From the sequence record DRR723986_9956: a DNA stretch of 38,245 nucleotides; one strand, given 5' to 3'. Under the pieces are notes generated by a model, which had not been told where the DNA came from, searched no databases, and saw only the letters and a program-made list of their open reading frames with translations. Below are positions 19,354 through 29,500 of the stretch, in pieces (position 1 is the stretch's first letter; each line of letters starts with the position of its first letter). The position numbers and the translations under genes are program-made.

Positions 19354-20907
19354 TTACTTCAAAACCACTTCCTGCACATCTGAATTCAAATCTCCACGAA
19401 TCGCTTTATAGTCAGCTATCATTTCTTCCAACTTCTCAGGGTTTGATTCTGCTACATTATTAACCTGACCAATATCGTTAGTGAGATTGTAAAGCTGATA
19501 ATTAGGATCATTTCCAATCTCAATATTTACCGTCGCAATTTTCGCAGCACCTTTGTAAGGAGGAATCATAATCCACTCTCCTTTTCTAAGCGCTGTTCTT
19601 CCGGTGGCTTCCAGCATCAATTCGGATCTACCAACTTTTTCCTCACCCATAAAAGCAGGCAACAAGTTTTGGCTATCCTCAGCTGAATCCGTACTTCCTG
19701 TCAAAGCAGCCAAAGAAGCTAAGAAATCAACTTGACAAACCAAGGCATCAGAAACCTGAGGTTGAATTTTCCCTTTCCAATAAACCATAAATGGGACGCG
19801 GGTACCTGCTTCAAACAAACTGTATTTACCTCCTCTTAAAGGTCCAGCCGGTGTATGATCACCAAGTTTTTCTACCGCATCGTCATAATATCCATCATTC
19901 AAAACCGGACCATTATCAGAGCTGAAAATTATTAAGGTGTTCTCAAGTAAACCCTCCTCTTCCATGGTTTTCATAAACTCGCCGATCATCCAATCCGCTT
20001 CCAAAATCACGTCTCCCCTCGGTCCCATACCTGATTTCCCTACAAATCTAGGGTTTGGAGTTCTTGGCACATGAGGTTGCTGAAATGCATAGTAAAGGAA
20101 GAATGGACCATCCTTATGTGACTTCACATAGCTTTGAGCTTTTTCCAAAAAATGATCCGCCATATCCACATCAGACCACTTGGCAGCTTCGCCACCTTTC
20201 ATGAATCCGATTCTCGGAATCCCATTCACGATGCTGTTGTTATGCCCGTGGTGCCACTTCATCGTGGTCAACTCTGGATTGTCCTTTCCTGTAGGCTCGC
20301 CTTCGAAATTCTTTTCATAACTCACCTCGATAGGATCATTTGGATCCAGATTTACTACATCTCCATTCTCTATATAAACTGTCGGAACTCGATCCTGGGT
20401 CGCTGCCAAAATGTAGCTATAGTCGAAACCAACTTCATTTGGACTTGGACTGATGTGTTCATTCCAATTCACATCTCCATTACCTAGACCCAAGTGCCAT
20501 TTGCCCACCACAGCAGTTTCATATCCCTGGCCTTTCAACATTTTTGGAACAGTCATCTGGGATGTGCTGATCAATAAAGGAGCTGTGCCGGGAAGGATTT
20601 TAGCATCCTTATTTCTCCATGGATAAACACCTGTAAGTAAGGCGTACCTACTTGGAGTACAGGTAGCCGAAGTCGCATATCCATTGGTGAATCGAATTCC
20701 TCCATTGGCCAACTTGTCCATATTAGGCGTCGACAGCTCTGTGGCGCCATAAGCACTCATGTCTCCATAGCCCAAATCATCCATGTAGATGATGACGATA
20801 TTTGGCTTTTTAGCCTCTGCTTCATTTGTTTCTTCCTTGGGAGCACTACAGCTCCAAAAAAGTGAAACACCCGTTAATCCAAGTAATAGACTACGCTTAA
20901 AACTCAT
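19354..20907 (-). CDS. Lipoprotein sulfatase (S1_15-like)
   Basis: Lipobox FWS|C, DDLGYGD, CTPSRYALLTG, GKWHLGLG, TQDRVP, PHVPRTP, GPRGD and GGKYSLFEAG. Confidence 0.93.
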   Translation of the reverse strand: MSFKRSLLLGLTGVSLFWSCSAPKEETNEAEAKKPNIVIIYMDDLGYGDMSAYGATELSTPNMDKLANGGIRFTNGYATSATCTPSRYALLTGVYPWRNKDAKILPGTAPLLISTSQMTVPKMLKGQGYETAVVGKWHLGLGNGDVNWNEHISPSPNEVGFDYSYILAATQDRVPTVYIENGDVVNLDPNDPIEVSYEKNFEGEPTGKDNPELTTMKWHHGHNNSIVNGIPRIGFMKGGEAAKWSDVDMADHFLEKAQSYVKSHKDGPFFLYYAFQQPHVPRTPNPRFVGKSGMGPRGDVILEADWMIGEFMKTMEEEGLLENTLIIFSSDNGPVLNDGYYDDAVEKLGDHTPAGPLRGGKYSLFEAGTRVPFMVYWKGKIQPQVSDALVCQVDFLASLAALTGSTDSAEDSQNLLPAFMGEEKVGRSELMLEATGRTALRKGEWIMIPPYKGAAKIATVNIEIGNDPNYQLYNLTNDIGQVNNVAESNPEKLEEMIADYKAIRGDLNSDVQEVVLK

Positions 20908-20942
20908 GGTATATTATTTATGTATCCTTAAAATTCTTAAAA

Positions 20943-20984
20943 CTTCGACATTCCCAATTCATCATTCGATATTCAATATTTTTA
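20943..20984. repeat. Degenerate heptamer tandem tract (ATTCnnn, about 6 units)
   Basis: CTTCGAC-ATTCCCA-ATTCATC-ATTCGAT-ATTCAAT-ATTTTTA in exact 7-nt register, between the PhoD-like gene and a sulfatase. Confidence 0.55.
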
Positions 20985-21031
20985 TAATCCTGAATAATGA
21001 AGTAAGTCTCAAAGGGACCTTGATCACTATT

Positions 21032-23638
21032 TTATTCAGCCAGATTCACCTGAATCGTTTCTTGAATATCAGTTTGAATCACAAGACCTGCAAATGTCTT
21101 CATTCTACCTTTATTCTGATCCTTTACTTCCACTCTATACTTATCGTCAGAAAATACCTTCGGTTGAAAGTTATTGGTATTAACCGGGAGAGCGTATTCC
21201 AACTCTCCAGTTGACTCGTTATAGACAGAAACCAGTGGATTCTCAACCTTCTCTAAATTCAATGTATTGAGATAGCCAACTGCTTTTCTTGCATAGTTAT
21301 CCTTTTGCGAAACTGTCAGCGGCCAGCCATCATACTGTCCCTCCGGATTGGCAATAGGGTCAACATTCCTTGGCCAGCATTCGATCTTCATGGTGCGCTC
21401 ATTCTTATCAAAAGTGATAATACCGTATCCTGTACCTCTATCGTAAATTCTTGCTGGTTCATAACCTGATTTGTACGGGTTGGCTACTGCCATGACAGTC
21501 ATCTTGTTTCCAAATCCATCTTCGAAATCACCTGTGTTTTTGGTGCCTCCAGGAAAAGGCTCATGGCCTTCTGGGACTTGAGGCCACCAGCGTCTCGGCC
21601 AAAGATTATTCAGAGCAGGACCCGCAAATGCAAACCCTGAATCCCGGTATTCATCAACCCCATATTGCACTGTACTTGCTAAGTGCTGATCTCCCGCAAT
21701 GTGCAGCGCAAAAGCCTTTCGGATGATTCGTACCGCTTCATCCCTTCCTTTTTGCGGCCAGCCATTGGAATCCATATCCGTAGTAGGCGCATCCCCAGGT
21801 ACATACTCACCTTTCTCTGGCGTAGGCAAACTTGGCACTATGCTATCAATGATACTTCCTTCAGGCAAGGTCGCCACAGTGCAGAAATTTGTCTGAGATA
21901 AAACAGCTTTCATTTGCACGCCCGAATCCCATTGTGAAGCCCAGTTTTCCAGAAAATTCAATTGTCTCTTTCCTAATAATTCAGCATCTATATCGTAGTG
22001 CTTTTTGATATCAAAGTCAGGATTCTGAATAAATCCATTCATAACCTTGGCTTCTTCAGGCAAGACATTTTTAGGGGCTGATTTGAATTTTCTATCTTCC
22101 AAAATCGCAAAACTCACTCCTCCGTATTCCCAGTCTGTGTAATACACATTAATTCCCTGCTTCACAGGAGTGGGGTCAAAAGCATCTGGAAGATGACTTG
22201 TCTGGCAATCTTGAATCATATTCACCCATTCGGGTGGCATTTTATAACCTCCTTGATCCTGGGCCACATATCCCCATCCTTCGTCAGATGGCGCATGCTT
22301 TCCGCCTTCACCCCAGACATTACCATGATAGACATCATGATCATCTGGTATAATCGCTGCCGGGATGGTTCTGAAAATATCGCGGTATGACCAGCCGAAC
22401 ATATACCATTTGTGTAGGTAATCCAGATAGGACTTTTCAAGCGGGCTGGTTTGAATTCCAAATCCTCCAGTCCCCTCATAGAACTGATCACCAAGAAAGA
22501 AAGCCATGTCTGGCCTGTGTTTCTCCACATGTAAGGCTACCTCCTGATCCGGAAAACCATGATCAGCATTGCAGCTAAACACTGCAACTTTCAGATTTTC
22601 ATTAGTAGCCGGTTGTGCAGCGATTTGTCCATAATAATTGAACTCTTGACTTTTATCTTTTAAAGGCACTTCAATATGAACCCGATATGGAATCATTTCC
22701 TGCTGATTCCAATCATCTATTCTGAATTTGGCAATTCTTCCATTTGGATCAAGTGGGGAAGTTTGAACCGTTTCCCAAGTAGATCCTTTTTTAAGCTGAA
22801 GCTTAACATTTAGGTTTGAGATTAGCTCAAGTGGAGCCAGCTGAGCTGTTAACTTAAGCGTGTTTTTATGAAGCGTGTATTGAGCGAAAAATATTGGCCC
22901 ATAGACTTGGTTAGCTGATTCTACAATCTTATCGCCTTGAAAAACCCAGTCTGAGAAAGTAGCAATAGTATCTGAGGATTCTTCCTTTTTTGGGCAATGA
23001 GCCACCAAAGCCAAATTCCCTACTAACATCTGAGGAGAAACCTCATCTAAAGTTAATGAAACAAGATTTTTGCCAGATGATCCAGTCAGAGTCAGTGAGT
23101 AATTCCCTTGGTTAAATTCTGCATTTAGAGACAAAGAAATCGAATTTGATAAATCTAATTTTTCTCCGCTCAACTTATCTCCTATCATCAGATTACCTGA
23201 GCCAGTGATACCAGCATCCAGTCCTTTTCCAAAGACAGCCGCTGACCGATAATCATCGAAAACGCCTTTTGCGCCAAGTCTAAAACCAGCATAAGCACCT
23301 ACATTTCCTGCCAGAGTTTGATTACTCCAATCAATTAATACTGACTCCTGAAAATTCCTATTGTCAGTTCCTAATTGATGGGTCAAGATATGCAGAGCAC
23401 GATTAGGTCCGGAAACATTGCATAAAGCTTTACCACTTACTATTTCCCAATCCTGCAATCGGTTCCCCCAAAACTCCGGTCCAACCCACTTCATATCAGG
23501 CCAATTTTCCCAGTTACTTTTAAATCCTGAAGCTTCAGTTGATAGTAATTTTTTAATGCTGGTAAATCCTTGGGAAAAGAAAAATGGTGTAGAAAGGGTG
23601 GTTAAGGCCATTGCCTTGACCGCGGATCGGCGTTTCAT
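21032..23638 (-). CDS. Alkaline phosphatase D (PhoD)-like metallophosphoesterase, Tat-exported, with extra N-terminal domain
   Basis: MKRRSAVK Tat-like signal. PhoD-type ligand motifs FSCN, GDQFYE, PDDHDV and GDQH. About 330 aa of beta-rich sequence precedes the catalytic domain. Confidence 0.85.
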   Translation of the reverse strand: MKRRSAVKAMALTTLSTPFFFSQGFTSIKKLLSTEASGFKSNWENWPDMKWVGPEFWGNRLQDWEIVSGKALCNVSGPNRALHILTHQLGTDNRNFQESVLIDWSNQTLAGNVGAYAGFRLGAKGVFDDYRSAAVFGKGLDAGITGSGNLMIGDKLSGEKLDLSNSISLSLNAEFNQGNYSLTLTGSSGKNLVSLTLDEVSPQMLVGNLALVAHCPKKEESSDTIATFSDWVFQGDKIVESANQVYGPIFFAQYTLHKNTLKLTAQLAPLELISNLNVKLQLKKGSTWETVQTSPLDPNGRIAKFRIDDWNQQEMIPYRVHIEVPLKDKSQEFNYYGQIAAQPATNENLKVAVFSCNADHGFPDQEVALHVEKHRPDMAFFLGDQFYEGTGGFGIQTSPLEKSYLDYLHKWYMFGWSYRDIFRTIPAAIIPDDHDVYHGNVWGEGGKHAPSDEGWGYVAQDQGGYKMPPEWVNMIQDCQTSHLPDAFDPTPVKQGINVYYTDWEYGGVSFAILEDRKFKSAPKNVLPEEAKVMNGFIQNPDFDIKKHYDIDAELLGKRQLNFLENWASQWDSGVQMKAVLSQTNFCTVATLPEGSIIDSIVPSLPTPEKGEYVPGDAPTTDMDSNGWPQKGRDEAVRIIRKAFALHIAGDQHLASTVQYGVDEYRDSGFAFAGPALNNLWPRRWWPQVPEGHEPFPGGTKNTGDFEDGFGNKMTVMAVANPYKSGYEPARIYDRGTGYGIITFDKNERTMKIECWPRNVDPIANPEGQYDGWPLTVSQKDNYARKAVGYLNTLNLEKVENPLVSVYNESTGELEYALPVNTNNFQPKVFSDDKYRVEVKDQNKGRMKTFAGLVIQTDIQETIQVNLAE

Positions 23639-23771
23639 AGATTAAGAGGTGGTTTAAAAGTAAATTTGGGCAATTTGCCCTAAAAACCAATAAAAAAAGG
23701 ATAAGTGGCATATTAACTATAAATAGAATAAGCCCCTCAAGCTATCTTAGCAATCCTCCCTACAATCCTAA

Positions 23772-24662
23772 TCACTTCCTATATACTTGATTTTGAAATA
23801 CTTCCTTACCTTCTAAAACCTGATGGATAAAATCGTAAACAGGTTGCTGATCTTGATAAAAGTGTGCTCCTGCTGAACCGTGAGTACCTCCAACATAGGT
23901 TATGAGTGTGGCGGCACCATGCATACTGACTATATGATCAAAGATGGATTTGGAACCAAATAACATCAACCAACCACTAGCATTTGTCGGACAATAGTGA
24001 TGTGCAGCTGTCGCATACGGAACGGTTGGATCTGAGTCTCCATGGAACATCATCACAGGGACTAAGGATTGATCCGTGATTAGGTTTAAATCCATAATTG
24101 CTCCCGCCCCAGATATAATTCCCGCATATTTAAATGTGTCAGGTAAGTTATTTTCATATAAGTTCATCAAACTCCTATCCCAAAAGGCCGCATGTAATAC
24201 AGCCTCAGCGCCAGCACTGCTTCCTGCTGCAAATATTTGAGCAGGATCAATAGTGTATTCCTCTTGGTTAGCAAGAAAGAATTCCGTGCTCAGCCAAACT
24301 TGATTTGCAGCCAACTGTATAGCTTTGATTTTTTCTGGAAGCTTCCCATCACAGCTAAAACTTTTATCCTTCATGAAAAGCGTATAAGAAATAGATGCTA
24401 CAGCGACATTTTTTTTGGCTAAAAACTTGGCCAAATTATGTCCTCCAGTACGGTCTCCAGTAGAAAAACCTCCACCGTGAACGTAGATGACCAAAGGTAT
24501 TTTAGAACTCGAAACAGCCTCTGGCAAGAATAAATCGAGCTCCAATTTGATGGAATCGTCCTCGTAATAGGTCAACGTTTCAAATTCTTGAGCGCTTACA
24601 GAAAAGTGTGTGCTCAGTAATAAAACTAAAGTTAATAGGGTGAAGATTTTATAAGTATTCAT
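23772..24662 (-). CDS. Secreted alpha/beta-hydrolase esterase (HSL/family IV-like)
   Basis: Sec signal (VSA|Q), oxyanion HGGGF, nucleophile GSSAG, HGDSDPTVP (Asp) and GGTHG (His). Confidence 0.9.
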   Translation of the reverse strand: MNTYKIFTLLTLVLLLSTHFSVSAQEFETLTYYEDDSIKLELDLFLPEAVSSSKIPLVIYVHGGGFSTGDRTGGHNLAKFLAKKNVAVASISYTLFMKDKSFSCDGKLPEKIKAIQLAANQVWLSTEFFLANQEEYTIDPAQIFAAGSSAGAEAVLHAAFWDRSLMNLYENNLPDTFKYAGIISGAGAIMDLNLITDQSLVPVMMFHGDSDPTVPYATAAHHYCPTNASGWLMLFGSKSIFDHIVSMHGAATLITYVGGTHGSAGAHFYQDQQPVYDFIHQVLEGKEVFQNQVYRK

Positions 24663-24699
24663 AAAGCAGATAATTTAATGGTTTAAAGAGACTTACACC

Positions 24700-24937
24700 T
24701 ATCGGTGTTTCCATCTTCATATACAAAACCGGAGTTTGTCATTTGCAGAAACCCATGCTTTCCAACAGGGTTATCCAACTAATAAACCATTCCGATTACG
24801 AAGGGAATATCGTGCTAATTCTCAGAACTAACCAGTGGAAACCATACGTCAGGTTCTTGTCCTCAGGTGAATTCGGCTAGGTAGATATTAATTGACAAAG
24901 TCAAACAGAGAAGTCTTTTGAAAGTTTTACACGTCAC
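24700..24937 (-). pseudogene. Decayed 5' remnant of a secreted glycoside hydrolase (GH5/GH148-like N-terminus)
   Basis: One frame from GTG at 24937 reads (M)TCKTFKRLLCLTLSINIYLAEFT*GQEPDVWFPLVSSEN*HDIPFVIGMVY*LDNPVGKHGFLQMTNSGFVYEDG, then TPI after removing one A. This matches the recalled motif 'WFPF...S.I.M..WLD.PAGKHGF......F.FEDGTP..FWG'. Stops at 24865-63, 24817-15 and 24781-79. Confidence 0.7.
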
Positions 24938-24969
24938 TTTTTTCCAAGGTTAAAATCCATATAGTAAGG

Positions 24970-25000
24970 AAAAAGCTGTCCCGTATTACAAGACAGCTTT
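24970..25000 (-). terminator. Intrinsic terminator downstream of right susD
   Basis: Minus strand AAAGCTGTCTTGT-AAT-ACGGGACAGCTTT with a T5 tail, 25 nt after the susD stop. Confidence 0.8.
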
Positions 25001-25025
25001 AAAGAAATAATAAACCTCTATTTAC

Positions 25026-26582
25026 TTAGTATCCAGGATTGTTGTTAGTAAAAGACGAATTCCGGTCCATTTCAGTCTGCGGGATAGGTAGCAACATGTG
25101 CTTTGGATACTCAAACTGCATTGTCGCAGATAGGTCCGTACTGAAGTGTTCTATTCCACCTCCCCAGTTTTGGAGACTAATGTCACCTCTGGCATCCCAT
25201 CTTCTAAGATCATTGAATCTCATATTTTCTTCACCACAAAGCTCCACAAAACGCTCGTCCATGATCCAGTTTAGGACCTTTTGAGAATCAGATTCTGAGG
25301 TAGAATAATCCGCGGGAAGCCCTGTCGAAAACTCAATAGACTCGGCCCAGTTTCTTGCACGTGTTCTTACTTTATTAACTAATGCGATTGCCTCAGCATT
25401 TGATCCTCCAGATTTCACTATCGCTTCAGCAGTCAGCAGGATCAAATCTGCATACCTCAAAATCCTAGGGTTGTTAAGGGAAGTAGGCATATAAGAAGTA
25501 GCTGGTTCATCAAAAGGTGCTTTTCCATACTTGGTGAAATAACGATCTCCATCCACGAAGAAGGAAATTCGTGGATCGTCTCCATATTTGTTATATAACT
25601 TCTCTGTCACCTTCCATGTCTGACCACCTATGTTATTATTGCTGACGTTATTTCCCGTATCGAAGAATCCCCAGTATGCCGCCATGGATTCTACCCCTCT
25701 CCAAGCACCGTCATTTTGGAGATAAGCATTACTCAATCCTCCAGGAGGTCTTCCTGACTGAAACTCAAATAAAGATTCTTCATTGTTTATCTCAAAAGCT
25801 GAGAAGTTGTCAGTATAAGCATCGGTAAGGTTTCGGGAAATTGAAGGAAACAACTGGACAGCCCTAGTATAATCTGAGGTGTTGCCAGTATAATCTCCAC
25901 GGAAAACCAAGCTTTTCAGAAGAAAACCATTCGCGGCATTTCTTGTGGCTCTTCCATTATTTTCTGAACTCCAGCTTTCCGGAAGCAAGGAAGCAGCCTC
26001 TTCGAAATCAAAGATTGCCTGATCAAGCAATTGGGTTCCTTCAGAAGGCGGAGTATTTACTTTATCCCGTTCTGAAATCCGCTCAGTGACTAAAGGTGCC
26101 TTACCATATAAGTTATACAAATTGAAATAAGCCAATCCGCGGAGAAAGAGAGCCTCTCCTCGATTCACCTGCACCCTAGCAGGATCCTCAAATCCACTGG
26201 TATCTATAGTTTCAGACTTTTCTATAATGACATTGCACCGTTGGATCATTCGATAGGTACGTTCATAATAATAAGTGACCTTGTTATTAGATGACGTAAG
26301 TCCTGCAAAGAGCTCAAAAGCAGCTCTGTTCCCTCTATCCTCTGTAATATCATCCCCACGCATGTGATAGATCTCATGAAGGAAATTATTACCCCTGAAA
26401 AAGTAATAATCTGTCAGTGTAGCATAGGCACTGAAAACTGTCAAATCAAACTCCACATTATTGGTAAAGAAGTCGTTTTCCGTTACAGTAAGCGGCTGAG
26501 CATCAATCCTGTCCTTATCGCAGGATGATATTGAGAATGCCAGTACTCCAATTGTTAGATAATATTTTAGTGATGTATTCAT
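25026..26582 (-). CDS. RagB/SusD family lipoprotein (518 aa; start moved to MNTSLKYY at 26582)
   Basis: Lipobox SISS|C, GEALFLRGLAYFNL, LRYADLILLTAEA, ERFVELCGEENMRFNDLRRW and NNPGY. The 26582 ATG lies 10 nt after the susC stop and avoids overlap. Confidence 0.94.
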   Translation of the reverse strand: MNTSLKYYLTIGVLAFSISSCDKDRIDAQPLTVTENDFFTNNVEFDLTVFSAYATLTDYYFFRGNNFLHEIYHMRGDDITEDRGNRAAFELFAGLTSSNNKVTYYYERTYRMIQRCNVIIEKSETIDTSGFEDPARVQVNRGEALFLRGLAYFNLYNLYGKAPLVTERISERDKVNTPPSEGTQLLDQAIFDFEEAASLLPESWSSENNGRATRNAANGFLLKSLVFRGDYTGNTSDYTRAVQLFPSISRNLTDAYTDNFSAFEINNEESLFEFQSGRPPGGLSNAYLQNDGAWRGVESMAAYWGFFDTGNNVSNNNIGGQTWKVTEKLYNKYGDDPRISFFVDGDRYFTKYGKAPFDEPATSYMPTSLNNPRILRYADLILLTAEAIVKSGGSNAEAIALVNKVRTRARNWAESIEFSTGLPADYSTSESDSQKVLNWIMDERFVELCGEENMRFNDLRRWDARGDISLQNWGGGIEHFSTDLSATMQFEYPKHMLLPIPQTEMDRNSSFTNNNPGY

Positions 26583-26592
26583 TTTCGTAGAA

Positions 26593-29500
26593 TTAAAAGC
26601 GTGCATTAAGACCAAAAGTATAACCTCGAGGTAGTGGGTAGGTATCGTTCAATGGATCTATACCCTGCCAGTTTGTAATCAGGATATTGTTTTGACCTCC
26701 TATGTATATCCTACACCTTTTGATCACATTTGATTTATCCAGAAACTTAGCTGGTAAAGAATAGCCAAGCTGCCATGTATTCAGCCTCAGAAAGCCAGCC
26801 TGATCCACAAATCGATCAGAATAACGGTTGTTTCTGGCTGGATCACCTGCTACTGCTCTCGGGATATCGGAATTAGGATTTTCGGGCGTCCAGGCATCTA
26901 ATACAGAAGGCCAATAGTTTGACCCCGCACCGCTAGCTCCGGTGAAGCTTGCTCGTACACCATTATATTTATCCACATCTCCTTCACCATAAAAGTTGGC
27001 GGAGAGATCAAAATCCCAGAACGTAGCTGAAAGGTTGATTCCATAAACGTGACCAGGGATAGTGTTCCCTATCTCGGTGCGATCATACTCATCAATGAAT
27101 CCGTCAGGAGTAGTGCTGTAATATGGCTCTTCTTCGGTTCCTTGTCCGCCTATATCTTTGAAATACAGGTCGCCAGGAGCTACATAATCAGCATCCGGGA
27201 TATTTCTGTCTTCCAGATTACTGTAGTATTCCTGTATTTCCGCTTCATTCATAAACAATCCTCCTACCTGATACCCCCATATATGACCTACAGGCCTACC
27301 TTCTTCTACCCTACCAAAACGGGTGTCCAATGGCTGTCCTTCATAAAGACTCAGTACTTCATTATTCAGGAAGGTGATGTTCCCACTCAAATTCACAGAA
27401 AAATGCTGATTGAACTGGTGTGTGTATCCTAAGTCTATTTCCAGCCCTCTATTTCTCAAAGAACCTACATTGAAGGCTGGGGAATTGGTACCTACCGAAG
27501 GAGGAAGATTTACATATTGAAGAATTCCATCGGTTTCCCTGTTAAAGTATTCTACCGTTGCGTTGACTTTATTATTCAAAAACAAGCCTTCAAAACCAAT
27601 ATTGGTCGTAGTAACAACTTCCCAGGTGAAGTTTCTGTTTGGGAATCCCGGTACAGTTCTCCCTGTATTGTAATTCCCGTAAATATTGGAAGGGTCTTTA
27701 CCCAACGTATAGGATCCTTGATTGGCCACTGTCGAGAGATAAGCAAATTGTCCCACTACAGCTTCATCATTACCTGCCTGTCCCCATCCTGCTTTAAACT
27801 TCAGATCATTTATCCAGGTCACATTATTCATGAAATCCTCTGAGCTGATTCTCCATGCCCCAGACACCGCATAAAAATTACCCCATCTCAAATCATCGTC
27901 ATCTGGAAAGCCAGAACTTCCATCTCTTCTAAAAGATAAATCCAAGTAATACTTACTGTCATAATTGTACCCTGCTCTACCCACATAGCCGTACCAAAAC
28001 CGTTCATTATTTCTACCGGCAAACCCTGTTACATACTGTTGTTCATTAGCAATACCAGCACGGTAGAAATCATCTGTACCGACGTTAGTGGTACTTAGAT
28101 CTTTGTTGAATTGCTTGATATACTGCTCTTGTATCCCTGCCAGCAAATCAATATTATGCTTCCCAAATACCTTTCGGTAAGTAGCAGTAAAATCGCCCTG
28201 GAAATTAAAGAAACGGTTCATTCTATAGCCTAAAGTGGCATATGACGCACCATTACCGACTTCACTGGGGTCTGAACCACTAATTTCATAATAATTGGCA
28301 TCCACTGGTAAAAATTGTGTTCTATTCTGATCTGTCAAATCAAGACTTAGCCCACCACGCAATACCAATCCTTCAAAAGGAAGAATCTCTACATATCCTT
28401 GTGCAAGATTTCTTAATAATTCAAATTCCTTTTGCTCAATTTCAATCAATGCTGGAAAGTTGTTTCCAGTACCAGCACCAAAAAGTCTCACCGGACTCCA
28501 AGTATCGCCTCCATCTGGATATGGATCTACAGGTCTTGCATAACCATATTCATCATTTGCGTCGTAAATGGGCTGCCACGGTAAAAAATTTGCCGCATCA
28601 GTGAGATCACTCCCACCACTGTTTGCTTGTGAAGTTTGATATGATCCTCGATAGGTCAGACCAACATTTATATAATTCCCTATCTTGGAATTAATATTAA
28701 ATGTCAGGTTAAATCGATCAAAATCATTTCCTTTCAGTACACTTTGCTGGCTATTGTAGCCAATACCTACCATGTAATCGGTGTCCTCGTTGGCTCCTGA
28801 GATTCTCATATTGTAAAGTTGATTTAAGGCATTTTTCTGCCGAATCTGACGCTGCCAATTGTAATCCCCAGGTGATTCCCCAATATAAAATTGACTCATC
28901 GGATCCAACTGCGGATGAAAACCATTCCGCTGATTGTTAGGATTGGATTCATTTCTGCCATAGAGATTATTTTCGAGGGTCAGATCAGGATTGGAGTTTG
29001 CATTGAACATCCTTCTATAAAATGGAATTAATTGCTCGGAACTCAAAACATCAAATTCCGGGACATTCTGCACTGTAGTCACCGCATCAAACTCGACCAC
29101 ACTCTTCCCTTTTCTACCCTTTTTTGTGGTAATCAACACTACTCCATTTGCTGCTCTACTTCCATAGATAGCCGATGCTGAAGCATCTTTCAATACTGAA
29201 ATGCTTTCTATGTCCTGGGGATTGATCATGGAAAAAGGATTGATTGAACCAATTAAATCCATATTTCCCGCTGTAGGAGTGGATAAGATCTGGCCATCGA
29301 CAACATAGAGTGGCTGAGAAGCACCATTCCAAGTACCAATTCCTCTTATAAATACCAGCGGAGCATCGGAAGGATTTCCGCTAGTATTTACCACTCTTAC
29401 TCCAGGCGTATTTCCTTGCAGGGCAAACTGTGGTGAGGTAAATGGTACTCGTTCTATCGCTTTAGATTCTACTATACCAATGGATCCAGTTATATCCTTC

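Noticed and set aside
20789-21214. 141-aa plus-strand ORF
   Set aside because: Antisense to two real genes and crosses the heptamer tract, with biased composition.
26583-26615. Extended SusD start given in the ORF track
   Set aside because: Overlaps the susC end and lengthens the lipoprotein signal. The ATG at 26582 fits better.
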